From an uncultured virus (IMG/VR IMGVR_UViG_2671180842_000004) (Duplodnaviria; Heunggongvirae; Uroviricota; Caudoviricetes): 64,000 nt of DNA. Of this stretch, positions 29,641 through 41,293 are shown in pieces. The notes under the pieces are model-generated. The model saw nothing but the letters and a program-made list of their open reading frames with translations. It did no database searches and was not told the origin of the DNA. Numbering within the stretch: the stretch's first letter is position 1; the number at the start of each line of letters is the position of its first letter. The stretch is taken from the IMG/VR virus record IMGVR_UViG_2671180842_000004. One strand, given 5' to 3'. The position numbers and the translations under genes are program-made.

Positions 29641-29668
29641 AAAAATAGACGCTCATTTCTGAACGTCT
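29641..29668 (-). terminator. Insulator-type terminator upstream of the first ICE gene
   Basis: Minus strand AGACGTTCAGAAATGAGCGTCTATTTTT. Confidence 0.65.
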
Positions 29669-29855
29669 TACATTTAAAAAGGGATACTATTTTAACAAGT
29701 ACCCCTAAAGTTTAGTATTTAATTGTTTGTGTTCCCACACTCTATATCAACTACTACCGAAACATTGATATAGTTTTTTATCTCTTTATTTCTGATTTTA
29801 TCGCCCTCGCTCGTAAAGACGATATGCTTGAAAAAGTGCCTAAAATTAAGGATTT

Positions 29856-29900
29856 CTACATAGTTCGTCTTTGTAGCAACACACAAGTCTCCACATGGCT
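29856..29900 (-). other. Orphan 3' tail of a rumA/rlmD-type gene marking the att junction between prophage and ICE
   Basis: AGC CAT GTG GAG ACT TGT GTG TTG CTA encodes SHVETCVLLQRRTM*, the HVE motif ending TrmA/RlmD methyltransferases. Confidence 0.75.
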
Positions 29901-30078
29901 TGAGAGGACAGAATGAATGTCATTTGAGTACGTCCGTTCTCGGAAACATATCCACTTCGCTTTTGGCACTATCGGTATACGGGAACATATCCAATCTCTC
30001 TCTGGAATGTATGTAAGCGCCCAATAACGAGGTATATTGAAAATCTCCAAAGTCACTCGACTTTGGAGATTCTTTTCT

Positions 30079-31597
30079 TTATTTACAATCTGCTTGTACA
30101 GTTTCTGACCATGGCAAATAAGCTTCTAGAGCTGCTTTTTTTGCGAAAGACTCTTCATTTGGCAACTTCTCCAAAAGATAGGTGAGATATTTCTCTGAGT
30201 CTAAGCCATTTCGTTTGGCAGTTTCTAAAAGTGACAGGATGATCGCGCTAGATTTGGCTCCTTCAAAACTTTGAGAGAAAAGCCAATTCTTACGTCCCAT
30301 GACTAATCCTTTAATCGCACGCTCAGCCAGATTATTGGATAATACTAAGGAACCATCTGTTAAAACTGTTTTAAATGTTTCCTCATATTTCAAGGCATAG
30401 GTGATCGCACGGCCTAACTTCGATCCTGGGAGCACTGATTGATTGCGACACCAATCAAAGAACGTTGTCATCAATGGCGCTAATCTTTCTTTGCGCTTGC
30501 ACAATCTTTCAGCTGAAGGCAGCTCAGCCCAAGAGGCTTCTAGTGAAAACATCTGGTCACAATAGGCTAATCCCTTGCGCCCCAATGACTGCTTATCTGC
30601 CTGTTTCGGCGTTGCTTCAAAAAATTTTCGGCGTACATGTGCCCAACAACCTACTAACTTTGCTTTAGGTAGTTGGCGATACGCTGACCACATATCACAG
30701 TGAACATAGCCATCATATTCGCCGAGAAATTCTTGAACAGCTAAGCCACTTCTGCGTTGATCATGATGATAGAGCGTGATTGGCTGTGCTGCTTGTTTTC
30801 CTGACAGGAATGTCCAGTAATAAGTCAAGGGAGTCTCATTTTCTAAAACTCTATAAGCTGTTTCATCCGCATGAAGAAGGTCTTGTGTTAATAATTTTTC
30901 GTGTAGTAGCTCATAGAGCGGTTCGAAATAATACTGACTAGACTTGATATGCCAATTAGCTATCTCCTTACGGCTAATCGGTAGCCCCATTTTCTGCCAA
31001 TCCGCTTCTTGTCGATAGTTTGGCACTTTCAGTGTGAATTTCTGATGAATGGTGTGCGCAATAATAGAAGCTGAACCAAGACTATGCGCCAAGGGCGCTT
31101 TGGGTACAGGGGCCTTGATGATTTTATCTGTCGCATTTTTCTTGCTACAGGCAACACACTTATAGGCATGCTGAATATGATCCACTCGTTTTAACTGTGC
31201 AGGAACATAGATTAATTCTTGTCGTTGCACACACGAGCCGATTTCTTTTAACCTTTCATGACAATCTGGACAGGTACAAGCCTCTCCCATCAATTCATGG
31301 TGGATGACCTCTGGTTTAAATTGCTGAAAAATGGCTTGTCGTTTGCCTTTCGCTTTTTTCCGACGATAAGTAATGGTTTCTTCTTCTAAGTTACCTGGGA
31401 CAGTCACTTTCTTCTTCAGGCAGTTCCACGTCATCAAACAGGCTCAATTGATTCTGGTTATAGTCACGCTTTTCAGAGGATTTACCATAAAGTTTTTTGG
31501 TAAGGTAAGCGACTTGTTCACGTAAAAGCGCAAGTTCATTAGACATTGCTTCAATTGTTTTTGTCAGTCTTTCAATCGTTTTTTCTGATGATGACAT
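30079..31597 (-). CDS. tnpC: IS66 TnpC DDE transposase, split into ORFs 31391-31597 and 30079-31437
   Basis: Leucine-zipper N-part LYGKSSEK, CPDC Zn finger, LHADET, GCWAHVRRKF and SNNLAERAIK; +1 frame change near 31395. Confidence 0.9.
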
Positions 31598-31651
31598 CTT
31601 CGTTAACTCCTCAAGATTTTTCTTTATTATACGCGAAAAAAAGCCGACATT

Positions 31652-32002
31652 TCAATAGAAATGACGACTTTGACTCTCTAAAATTTTAGGTGTAATAGAA
31701 AATCCTTTCATTAACCATTCGACTTGTTCAGGCGTTAAAGCCTGAACTTCCGTAGTATTTCTTGGCCAAGTTAGTTGTCCATTTTCAAAACGTTTATAAA
31801 GCAACCAGAAGCCTTCACCATCCCAGTAGAGGGCTTTAAATCGATCACTTTTTCCACCACAAAAAAGAAAGACGGATTTTGAAAAAGGGTCTAAAGCGAA
31901 TTGTGACTGAATGAGGTAAGCCAGTGAATCGATTCCTTTTCGTAAATCCGTTTTCCCACAAACAATGTAGACGGGCCCCAGATCACTTAAGTTTAGTCCC
32001 AT
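31652..32002 (-). CDS. tnpB: IS66 TnpB accessory protein
   Basis: TDLRKGIDSL...FLFCG...KALYWDGEGFWLLYKR. Confidence 0.93.
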   Translation of the reverse strand: MGLNLSDLGPVYIVCGKTDLRKGIDSLAYLIQSQFALDPFSKSVFLFCGGKSDRFKALYWDGEGFWLLYKRFENGQLTWPRNTTEVQALTPEQVEWLMKGFSITPKILESQSRHFY

Positions 32003-32177
32003 AAGCGAACACCTTCTCTAAAATTTCATTTCGTTGAGATACGTCAAGTGATGAGAAAAAGCTGAGCTCAATCGATCCCACTTTACAACGAAGTAAGAGC
32101 TCATTTTTAGTTCGTTGTTTAAAGTGTTGCGTGCCAGTTTTGGGCATCGCTAGAGGGACAATGGGTTGTTTCATCAT
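31983..32177 (-). CDS. IS66 TnpA-position small protein
   Basis: RBS GGAGG before ATG ATG; overlaps the tnpB start. Confidence 0.55.
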   Translation of the reverse strand: MMKQPIVPLAMPKTGTQHFKQRTKNELLLRCKVGSIELSFFSSLDVSQRNEILEKVFAYGTKLK

Positions 32178-32355
32178 AAAAAACCTCCAATCTTCTGTTT
32201 GAATACAGTATAACTGGAGGACTAGATAGATGCGATACACCTTGTTATTGGACGCTTACGAATGTATACCATACTTTTAAAAGGCAGAATAGCATTTTAA
32301 CTTATGCTACCCTACCTATAACTAAACATTTACAGTTGCATGTGGCCTATTGTTT

Positions 32356-33102
<747 letters not shown>

Positions 33103-33771
33103 TTAATTTATTGCATCTCTTTTCGAATATTTATTCATTAATTCCTCTAACCCTGCTTCGGATGTTAGAATTTCAAGATTATCAAATATTTCCTCTCCGC
33201 TCCAGTTCCACCACTCTAGCTTTAGTAAGAATTCAATCTTTTCGTCACTAAAGCGTTTTTTGATAAACTTAGCTGGATTCCCACTATATATTGAATAGGG
33301 TTCAACACTTTTCACTACTGTTGAATTAGCGGCAATAATCGCACCATCACCAATTATAACACCTGGCATAATGGTTACATTTTGACCAATCCAGACATCA
33401 TTACCAATCACAGTATCTCCCTTAAAAGGAAGTTGTTCTATTGTAGGAGTAACCTTTTCCCATCCACAGCCAAAGATATTAAAGGGATAGGTTGTGATTC
33501 CATCCATTCTATGATTTGCACCATTCATAATAAACTTCACACCCTCTGCTATTGCGCAGAACTTGCCTATTATCAGTTTATCTCCAAGAAATTCATAATG
33601 ATGCTCTATATTATCATAAAATTTCTCTGGTGAATTTTTATGATCACTATAGTAGGTGTAATCTCCAATCTCAACATTGGGTCTTTTCGGTAGGTTACTT
33701 AAATAACAAACAGTTTTTATGTTTTCATTTGGATATAGTTTTTTCTTATCTGATCCTATCATAGGATACAC
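33103..33771 (-). CDS. vat: Vat-family streptogramin A O-acetyltransferase
   Basis: IGDYTYY, DKLIIGKFCAIA, NGANH, KGDTVIGNDVWIG hexapeptide repeats and WWNW. Confidence 0.9.
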   Translation of the reverse strand: MYPMIGSDKKKLYPNENIKTVCYLSNLPKRPNVEIGDYTYYSDHKNSPEKFYDNIEHHYEFLGDKLIIGKFCAIAEGVKFIMNGANHRMDGITTYPFNIFGCGWEKVTPTIEQLPFKGDTVIGNDVWIGQNVTIMPGVIIGDGAIIAANSTVVKSVEPYSIYSGNPAKFIKKRFSDEKIEFLLKLEWWNWSGEEIFDNLEILTSEAGLEELMNKYSKRDAIN

Positions 33772-33797
33772 CTCTCTTTCATACTTTTATATATTTT

Positions 33798-34331
33798 CTA
33801 TCGTGTTTTATATGATTCATTATTTTGATACCATAGCAAAGCATCCTTTTCTAGTTGCTTTACAAATGCATCCTTACCAGTGCAGTAGCCTTCAATATCC
33901 TCCGAGAATCGATAAGCCAGCTCCATCTTTAATTCACCATACTCTAAAGCGATGTCTGGATGTGTACGCAGAAAGTCCCTTACTGCTATATGCCTATTAA
34001 TATCTTTGTGATTGCTTTGCTCAAAAATATGAATCTGGTGTGTCCTGTTATCGCCGCCTTTGCGGAAATATCTACGTCCTTCAATACCAAACTCACCCAT
34101 ACACTCATAACCAATCGCTACAAATTCTTTGTTATGCTTATCAACCAAACTAATATTTGTCACTACGGGCATTATATCAATGATTGATTTAGCGGCTAAC
34201 CCTTTGACTGCTGTACTGCCAATATGGTAAACCTCCACCAATATATCCTTCAATATATTCTTTATCTTCTGTGATTCATTTTCATACTCTACTTCCCAAA
34301 AGGGGTCGTACGGAACTACTCGTATAAACAA
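33798..34331 (-). CDS. GrpB/UPF0157 nucleotidyltransferase-fold protein
   Basis: VVPYDP.W, HIGSTAV.GL.AK.IIDI, RDFLR.HP and Y..GKDAFV motifs. Confidence 0.9.
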   Translation of the reverse strand: MFIRVVPYDPFWEVEYENESQKIKNILKDILVEVYHIGSTAVKGLAAKSIIDIMPVVTNISLVDKHNKEFVAIGYECMGEFGIEGRRYFRKGGDNRTHQIHIFEQSNHKDINRHIAVRDFLRTHPDIALEYGELKMELAYRFSEDIEGYCTGKDAFVKQLEKDALLWYQNNESYKTR

Positions 34332-34448
34332 TATAAACCCTCCAATCTCATTCTCAACGAATAATATTTTTAGAAAAAAGTCTTTATACTTTTTAACAAT
34401 GGAGCCGCCAGCCAGAACAGACTATACTGACCAGCGACTACCTTAAAT

Positions 34449-35912
34449 TTAATGTTTCAGATTTATTTTCTTATCTCTAATTTCATAAACTACATCAGCT
34501 ACATTTTCGAGTAAGCGTTTATCGTGGGTGATAAACACGATAGTTCCGGCATACTCCTTCATTAGTATTTCCAAAGCCTCTAAACTTGGTATGTCAAGGA
34601 AGTTACTGGGTTCATCCATTAGTAGGATGTTATATCTACCCATGAGCATTTTAGCTAGCAACAATTTTATAATTTCTCCACCGCTTAAAACAGATAAGCT
34701 TTTTCCAATATCGTTCTGTTTGAACCCCATAGATGCTAGCACTGAACGAATTTCTGATATATTGTAATCACAATCCTCCTGCATAAACTCCATGACATTC
34801 TGATTACTGTTGTACTTGTAACCATTCTGTGCAAAGTAACCTATTTTTGCCTTAGGTGAAATAGAAATTCCTTCTTCATGGTTTAAGATCATTTGGATTA
34901 AAGTTGTTTTTCCGGTTCCATTACCACCAGTTAACGCCACTTTTGCTCCTAGAGGAATTTGAAAAGATGCATTTTCAAACAGTGCCTTATCCCCAAATAT
35001 TTTATTAATTTCCGTACCGACTATAGGGTATGGATTATGGAGCTCCAATGCTTTACTTTGCCTGAAACGAATTCTGCGAATGTCTTCCGGAGCTTCTACA
35101 TTTCCTAAGGCTGCAATCCTGTGCTCTAGGGATTTAGCGGCATTATGCATCTTTTTTTCCTTACTTCCTATTGATTTTTGATGAGCTAAACGCCCTCCGC
35201 CTTCAGTACTTTTTTTCTTTGAAGCACCTTTCGCCTTCTGTTCTATTTTACGAGCCTGTTTTCGCTTTTCCTCCGCAGCCCTTTCCAATCGGGCACGTTC
35301 CGCAATAAATTGTTCGTATTCTGCAGCTTGGCTCTTGCGTTCTTCCTCTTTCTGACGAAGATAATCAGAATAGTTTCCCCAATACTCAGTGATTTTGCCA
35401 TCTTTCAGTTCCCATATTTTATCTACTATTTCATCAAGAAAATAGCGGTCATGGCTAATAACTAACAGTGCACCTGTAAAATATTTTAGCTGTCCAATTA
35501 GAAAATCAATTCCTTCACGGTCTAAATGGCTCGTAGGTTCATCCGCTAAAATACCATGAACCTGTGCCGATAAGGCCTGTGCTATTTTAAGCCTTGTTTC
35601 TTCACCACCGCTCATGGTCTGTATATCTAATTGCTCAACACCGAGCTTGCCTACAAGTGCAAAATCTTTTTCCACCTGCAAAGTTACTTCGTCCAACTGG
35701 GGAATATAGGCAAGTTCACCCAGACGATTCATTTTACATCCTGGGGGAGTTAATTCTCCTAAAAGTACCCTGAGTAAAGTGCTTTTTCCAGCACCATTTG
35801 CTCCTACTAAACCAATACGGTCATAATCATATACTTCTAATTCATTTATATCTAAAACATCGCGTCCTTTGAATTCCACACGAATGTCTTTTGCTTTTAA
35901 TATCAATTCCAT
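34449..35912 (-). CDS. msr(D): ABC-F ribosomal protection protein Msr(D)
   Basis: [20 protein letters not shown] start, two ABC domains, 487 aa, directly after mef. Confidence 0.96.
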   Translation of the reverse strand: MELILKAKDIRVEFKGRDVLDINELEVYDYDRIGLVGANGAGKSTLLRVLLGELTPPGCKMNRLGELAYIPQLDEVTLQVEKDFALVGKLGVEQLDIQTMSGGEETRLKIAQALSAQVHGILADEPTSHLDREGIDFLIGQLKYFTGALLVISHDRYFLDEIVDKIWELKDGKITEYWGNYSDYLRQKEEERKSQAAEYEQFIAERARLERAAEEKRKQARKIEQKAKGASKKKSTEGGGRLAHQKSIGSKEKKMHNAAKSLEHRIAALGNVEAPEDIRRIRFRQSKALELHNPYPIVGTEINKIFGDKALFENASFQIPLGAKVALTGGNGTGKTTLIQMILNHEEGISISPKAKIGYFAQNGYKYNSNQNVMEFMQEDCDYNISEIRSVLASMGFKQNDIGKSLSVLSGGEIIKLLLAKMLMGRYNILLMDEPSNFLDIPSLEALEILMKEYAGTIVFITHDKRLLENVADVVYEIRDKKINLKH

Positions 35913-35990
35913 AACATTTCCTCCTGTCTATAATCGCATGTTTTCTTTTGCTTGTACGCAGGGAAAACCCTGCGATTTTAGCAGGAAGAA

Positions 35991-36011
35991 TTACATGAAA
36001 ATTAAATACAT
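35991..36011 (-). promoter_or_regulatory. msrDL: msr(D) leader peptide MYLIFM
   Basis: RBS GGAGG, then ATGTATTTAATTTTCATGTAA, followed by the hairpin GCAGGG-TTTT-CCCTGC. Confidence 0.85.
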
Positions 36012-36025
36012 AAATATGGTCCCTC

Positions 36026-37252
36026 CTATGAATTTTGTTTTAAATCTAATTTTCTAACCTCAGTTATCATGGGGCAAGCTATGGCAATGCCAATAATTAA
36101 AACACCTGATAGTAAAAACCAATGATTTACACCGATTCTATCAGCAAAGAACCCAGATAGAATTAACCCAATTGGCATAGCAAGTGACATGATACTTCCG
36201 GTCAAAGAAAATACACGTCCTAAATATTCAGGCTTAATTTTCTCCTGAAAAAGAGCTGTTTGCACACCGCTATAAAATGGCACCGAAAGCCCCATTATTG
36301 CACAGCAAACTACAAATATTACAAATCCATTTGGAGGAAGTATTCCCGAAACGGCTAAACTGGCCCCCATTATAAAAAAAGAACTTGTTATTAGTAATAC
36401 ACGCTTTTCGAAGCTCCCTAATCTTCCTAACAATAAGCCTCCTGCTAACATTCCAGATGCAAAGGAAATTTCCGTAATAGAAATATGCACAGGTGTTCCA
36501 TTAAAGTAATCCATGCTTATTAAAGGAAATAGTGCATTAATTGGCATATAAACAAAAGTATATAGTGTTCCTAAGAGTAATAAGGCAAACAATCCTTTGT
36601 TTTGTCTCAGAACGACAATTCCTTCTTTCATTTCTCTTATGAAATTTGGTTCCAAACTTTGCACTCGATCACCCAGCTTAGGTATACGTACAATTGCTAC
36701 CGTAATAGATGCAATCACAGCACCCAATACGTCGATGGCAATAATAGCATTTAAATCCCAAACGGAGTATAAGAGTGCTGCAACTGCCGGACTAACAATA
36801 TAGCTTATAGACTGCAAAGACTGACTATAGCCTGCGCATTTCGTTAGCTGCTCTTCTGGTACTAAAAGTGGTGTAACCGAATTGAGTGCTGGGGTATGAA
36901 AAGCTGTTCCAATGCTACGGATAAACAATACTATCATAACCATCCAGACAGGTAGCTCCATATAGAATGCAACAATAGCAAGCACTGCACCAGCTGCTGC
37001 GATAATTAAATCAGCACCAATCATTATCTTCTTCCTATCATGACGATCCACTAGCACACCAATTGCAGGTCCAAAGACCGCATAGGGTAAAAAACCTACT
37101 AGTGAAGCCATAGACAAGACCATCGCAGATCCAGTTTTTTCTGTAAGGTAAAAAATAATCGCCATTTGCAGGATGGCACTAGTGATTAATGATACTGCTT
37201 GCCCTGCCCATATTGTATAAAACTTAAGTTTCCAATTGTTGTATTTTTCCAT
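36026..37252 (-). CDS. mef(A): Macrolide efflux MFS transporter, Mef(A)-family variant (408 aa)
   Basis: MEKYNNWKLKFYTIWAGQAVS start; 12-TM MFS pattern. Confidence 0.95.
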   Translation of the reverse strand: MEKYNNWKLKFYTIWAGQAVSLITSAILQMAIIFYLTEKTGSAMVLSMASLVGFLPYAVFGPAIGVLVDRHDRKKIMIGADLIIAAAGAVLAIVAFYMELPVWMVMIVLFIRSIGTAFHTPALNSVTPLLVPEEQLTKCAGYSQSLQSISYIVSPAVAALLYSVWDLNAIIAIDVLGAVIASITVAIVRIPKLGDRVQSLEPNFIREMKEGIVVLRQNKGLFALLLLGTLYTFVYMPINALFPLISMDYFNGTPVHISITEISFASGMLAGGLLLGRLGSFEKRVLLITSSFFIMGASLAVSGILPPNGFVIFVVCCAIMGLSVPFYSGVQTALFQEKIKPEYLGRVFSLTGSIMSLAMPIGLILSGFFADRIGVNHWFLLSGVLIIGIAIACPMITEVRKLDLKQNS

Positions 37253-37519
37253 TTATATTATCTCCTGCATATTATTTTGCTTGAATTTCTATTTTGAATA
37301 GCATTCTAGGCAATAAAAAATGCAAGCCTAAATCCACAATGTGGCTTTTGGTCTACATACATACAATTTGGAAACATTCATATTAAAGACATAGTTAAAT
37401 AAAGGTATAGTTTAATAACCTATATCCTCACCGTAACTAATGAATGCTCAATATCGTATAAATAAGCACAACAAAAAAGCCTATCATCGGGGATAGATTC
37501 TGCTTTTTTTATTGCCAGC

Positions 37520-37546
37520 TTATCTTAAACGCATTGAGGCTGTCAT
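37520..37546 (-). promoter_or_regulatory. mef leader peptide MTASMRLR
   Basis: RBS AGGAGG, then ATGACAGCCTCAATGCGTTTAAGATAA; macrolide-arrest RLR motif. Confidence 0.9.
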
Positions 37547-37639
37547 AGTTTCGGTTCCTCCTAAATTCTTATTTGGATCATCATATATTTTAACACAATA
37601 AGTCATTTTAAGCAACTTTTAAATTAAAAAATCCATTAA

Positions 37640-37674
37640 AACCGCCAAATGGTGTTAGCCCTTAATTGGCGGTT
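37640..37674 (-). terminator. Hairpin after the last phage recombinase
   Basis: AACCGCCAA...TTGGCGGTT inverted repeat. Confidence 0.6.
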
Positions 37675-37680
37675 AATATT

Positions 37681-39252
37681 CTATATCTCTTCGTCAATCT
37701 CAATCCCAGACTTGAATTCAACGGTGAGCTTAGCTTCATATATCGTTACTTTTTCAATAAGCCGCCTTACCAACTGCTCATCATATTCCTCCAGTTCACG
37801 TGACTGTTTATTCAAGAAATCAGTCATTTCAGCGATTCGTTGCCTTTTCCCTTCTCGATCTGCATTCTCTACAAGTGCATTTTGCTTTAACTCCCGAAGT
37901 CGATAAATTTCATCAGCCACATCTTCATAGTCATTTTTTGATTTTGCTTGTATAAGGAGCTGTTGTTGTAACTCTTCCAATCTTCTATCAATATCATCGG
38001 TGGTATTATCATTTTCTTCATTGAGGACGGTAGCTATGTTTTTCTGTAACGTTGAGAGGAAGGGCTCTTTGTTAGTCAAAAGTTCGTTAATAGCCTTAAC
38101 CACTGCTGCCTGTAATGTTTCCTCATTTATGGTAGGTGCCGTACATTCAGAGCCTTTTTCCTCTAAACGACTAACACATCTCCAAACAATAGACTTGTAA
38201 CCTCGGTTATTCCAATGTACTCGTCGGTAAATATCACCGCATTGCCCACAGTAAACAATACTTGATAAAGCATACTTACTACTATAGACTCTCTTTTTAC
38301 CACCTTTACCTCCTCGGATATTCGCTCTTCGAACCATCTCTTCTTGAACCTGCATAAAAAGCTCGCGTGGAATAATAGGCTCATGGCTGTTTTCTACATA
38401 ATACTGGGGAACGATGCCGTTATTTTTGACCCTCTTTTTAGAAAGGAAATCAACCGTATATGTTTTTTGCAGAAGGGCATCACCGATGTATTTTTCATTC
38501 TGCAGTATCTTTTTCAGTGTTTCTGGTCTCCATTTGGCTTTGCCTGCCGCTGTTAGAATACCGTCTGCTTCTAGTCCTCTTGCTATCTGCAAAAGGCTGG
38601 CTCCCTCTAGGTACTCCCTATAAATCCGTTTAACAACTTTAGCACCCTCTGGATCAATCACTAATTGCTTGTTTTCATCCTTGGTGTAACCAAGGAAACG
38701 CTTGTGGTTGACCTGAACTTCACCTTGCTGGTATCGATACTGAATACCCAGCTTAACGTTCTGGCTTAGTGATTGGCTTTCTTGCTGGGCAAGGGATGCC
38801 ATGATAGTCAGTAATACTTCCCCCTTAGAATCCATAGTGTTGATATTCTCTTTCTCGAAGAACACAGCAATGTTTTTATCCTTTAACTGACGGATATACT
38901 TAAGGCAATCCAACGTGTTTCTGGCAAATCGGCTGATTGATTTTGTGATAATCATGTCAATATTGCCTGCCATACACTCCTCAATCATACGGTTAAATTC
39001 ATCACGCTTTTTCGTATTGGTACCAGTGATACCATCATCCGCAAAAATACCTGCTAATTCCCATTCCTTGTTCCTCTTAATATAGTTTGTATAATACTCA
39101 ATCTGAATTTCGTAACTTGAGGCCTGCTCCTCACTATCCGTTGAAACTCGGCAGTAAGCCGCCACTCGTATTTTTGGTTTACTCTCACTATTTTTATTAT
39201 TTCCGATTCGTTTTATTGCTGGAATTACTGTTACATTCCTGCTAACTGCCAC
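37681..39252 (-). CDS. Large serine recombinase (triad gene 3)
   Basis: [19 protein letters not shown], Zn ribbon CGQC, coiled coil and LIEKVTI tail. Confidence 0.94.
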   Translation of the reverse strand: MAVSRNVTVIPAIKRIGNNKNSESKPKIRVAAYCRVSTDSEEQASSYEIQIEYYTNYIKRNKEWELAGIFADDGITGTNTKKRDEFNRMIEECMAGNIDMIITKSISRFARNTLDCLKYIRQLKDKNIAVFFEKENINTMDSKGEVLLTIMASLAQQESQSLSQNVKLGIQYRYQQGEVQVNHKRFLGYTKDENKQLVIDPEGAKVVKRIYREYLEGASLLQIARGLEADGILTAAGKAKWRPETLKKILQNEKYIGDALLQKTYTVDFLSKKRVKNNGIVPQYYVENSHEPIIPRELFMQVQEEMVRRANIRGGKGGKKRVYSSKYALSSIVYCGQCGDIYRRVHWNNRGYKSIVWRCVSRLEEKGSECTAPTINEETLQAAVVKAINELLTNKEPFLSTLQKNIATVLNEENDNTTDDIDRRLEELQQQLLIQAKSKNDYEDVADEIYRLRELKQNALVENADREGKRQRIAEMTDFLNKQSRELEEYDEQLVRRLIEKVTIYEAKLTVEFKSGIEIDEEI

Positions 39253-39255
39253 TGG

Positions 39256-39669
39256 TTACACCTCACTTTCTATCAAACTGTAAGCATATTCTGCCTGCTT
39301 ATATGGATCGTCATATTTTTGTACCAGAGGTTTTGCTTTGAACTTTACAGGATAATCCGTTTTTGGTACATCTTTAGGCTCCCATATCCGTCCAAGTTTT
39401 TCTGCTCGCTTTTGTTTTTCTAACCTTGCTTTTTCAAATATCTCCTCATCAATAATTGGAGGATAGAATTCGTCTCCAAGGTATTGCTTGTTCAGTAGCA
39501 TCCTACTTACTGTGGCATGGTAGCAATCTATCCCAGCTTTTATTGCAGCATTCTTCAAGGATAATCCTGACAAGTAACCTGAAAATAACTCTTTTACTTG
39601 TTCTGCTGCTTTATCATCTACAACAGCCTTTCCATCTTCAATTCTATATCCAAAGGGTGTGTGACCCAT
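39256..39669 (-). CDS. Short recombinase-domain protein (triad gene 2)
   Basis: PFGYRI...YLGDEFYPPIID recombinase DNA-binding domain only. Confidence 0.85.
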   Translation of the reverse strand: MGHTPFGYRIEDGKAVVDDKAAEQVKELFSGYLSGLSLKNAAIKAGIDCYHATVSRMLLNKQYLGDEFYPPIIDEEIFEKARLEKQKRAEKLGRIWEPKDVPKTDYPVKFKAKPLVQKYDDPYKQAEYAYSLIESEV

Positions 39670-41232
39670 CTAATTCACCAACCTTTCTTTCAGTGTGATT
39701 CCACATTTTAATACAAACCCAACTACCTCCCGTGAAAACACAATAATCTTCTCTACATAATTTTTAAACAGCTCATCCTCATAGGCTGTGAGCATTTTGG
39801 ACTTAGTCGTAAACTTAAGCAGTCGGTCAACTTCCTCTACTTTTGTAAAAATTCCGTTGACAGAATGGGTAAGTTGTTCCTTTTCCGCAAAAAGACTTTC
39901 TCTTTCTGCTTCCAATGAATTCTTTTCTTTATTAAACATAGCAGGTTCCAGATATCCTTTGGCCATTAAGCCCGTCAGCATCTGACTTTGCTCCATGTTG
40001 TTTTCAATCTTGGTTTCCAACTCTTCGATTCTACGAAAACTCTCTGCATTATTCTGGCTGCGTAGCCCATTCAAAAGTGGTCTTAATATGAACTTGTGAC
40101 CAAAAATGAGTTTATTCATCATCGTAACAAATGCAGTCTTTATATCTTCATCTCGTATGAACTGCATGGAACATTCCGTTATATGGCTTATATGCTTACT
40201 ACAGCACCAAGCAATGTACTCTCTTCTTCCAGATGAATGAATCCGTCTTTTAAAGGTACTGCCACATTCCGAGCAAATAATCTTACCGGAAAAAGAATAT
40301 CGGTTTAGATATTTACTGTTGCGCTTTTCGATTCCTTTTTCCTTTGCCCTCTGATTGAGAATAGCTTCCACAGCTTCAAAATCTTCATGGCTGATAATTG
40401 CCTCATGATGATTTTCTACTAGATACATATTTTTCTCACCGTAATTAGTGTGCCTGTTAAAACGGCTGTCAGTATAGGTCTTTTGCAAAATAACATCGCC
40501 AGTATATTTTTCATTGGTCAAGATTCCACGAATGGTAGTAGCTGTCCAACGACCACCTCTTTTTGAAGGGATACCCTTTCGATTAAGATCATCTGCAATT
40601 TTCTGTGTACCTTTGCCGGATAATACTTCTGCAAAAATATACTTCACAATTTCAGCCTGCTTAGGATTTACTATCATGCGACCGTCAATGTTTTGATAGC
40701 CATAGGGTGGGTAGGAAATTTTAAATGTTCCGTTTTGAAATCGTCTTTGAATTGCCCATTTAGTATTTTCTGAAATAGAAATTGACTCACTCTCTGCAAG
40801 GCCACTTAAAATGGAGAGCATCAATTCACTTTCCATTGACCCTGTATTAATGTTTTCCTTCTCAAAATAAATATGAACCCCAAGGTCCATCAGTTTACGA
40901 ACCATCTCTAAACAGTCTGTAGTATTTCTAGCAAACCTACTGATGGACTTTGTAATAATTAAGTCAATGCTTCTGGTTTCACAGTCTGATAACATTCTAA
41001 GTAAACCAGAGCGATTCTCCTTTTTCGTACCACTGATACCCTCGTCATAGTATAAGCCTGCATATTCCCATTCTGGATTTGCCTTAATGTAGGTCTCATA
41101 ATGAGCCTTTTGTGCTTGCAGGCTGACTAGTTGTTCATCGCTATCTGTAGAAACTCGACAGTAGGCAACTACTCGTGTTTTTGGCTTAAAAATATAATCT
41201 TGATTTCCTTCTATTTTCGTTATCTTTTTCAT
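39670..41232 (-). CDS. Large serine recombinase (triad gene 1)
   Basis: [19 protein letters not shown] and CSEC Zn ribbon; RBS AAGGAGG before ATG at about 41232. Confidence 0.94.
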   Translation of the reverse strand: MKKITKIEGNQDYIFKPKTRVVAYCRVSTDSDEQLVSLQAQKAHYETYIKANPEWEYAGLYYDEGISGTKKENRSGLLRMLSDCETRSIDLIITKSISRFARNTTDCLEMVRKLMDLGVHIYFEKENINTGSMESELMLSILSGLAESESISISENTKWAIQRRFQNGTFKISYPPYGYQNIDGRMIVNPKQAEIVKYIFAEVLSGKGTQKIADDLNRKGIPSKRGGRWTATTIRGILTNEKYTGDVILQKTYTDSRFNRHTNYGEKNMYLVENHHEAIISHEDFEAVEAILNQRAKEKGIEKRNSKYLNRYSFSGKIICSECGSTFKRRIHSSGRREYIAWCCSKHISHITECSMQFIRDEDIKTAFVTMMNKLIFGHKFILRPLLNGLRSQNNAESFRRIEELETKIENNMEQSQMLTGLMAKGYLEPAMFNKEKNSLEAERESLFAEKEQLTHSVNGIFTKVEEVDRLLKFTTKSKMLTAYEDELFKNYVEKIIVFSREVVGFVLKCGITLKERLVN

Positions 41233-41293
41233 CAACTTACCTCCTTCTTGGTAGGTCACATATTACCTCCGAAACCCTTATATATCAACGGCT

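Larger units (their letters stand above)
1..29900 (-). mobile_element. Tn916-family integrative conjugative element with large serine recombinase (CTn7-like); left end outside window
   Basis: Tn916-type gene order adhesin-orf23-22-21-oriT-20-19-ardA-17-16-15-14-13, then cargo, then orf7/orf8-like genes and recombinase. The right boundary is inferred from the rumA tail at about 29856-29900. Confidence 0.9.
30013..32259 (-). mobile_element. IS66-family insertion sequence
   Basis: Terminal IRs GTAAGCGCCCAATAACGAGGT / GTAAGCGTCCAATAACAAGGT. 8-bp target duplication GAATGTAT at 30005-30012 and 32260-32267. Carries tnpA, tnpB and tnpC. Confidence 0.96.

Noticed and set aside
29856..30056. 66-aa ORF in the track
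   Set aside because: It is a chimera starting inside the IS66 end and running across the att scars; only the last 14 codons (rumA tail) are meaningful.
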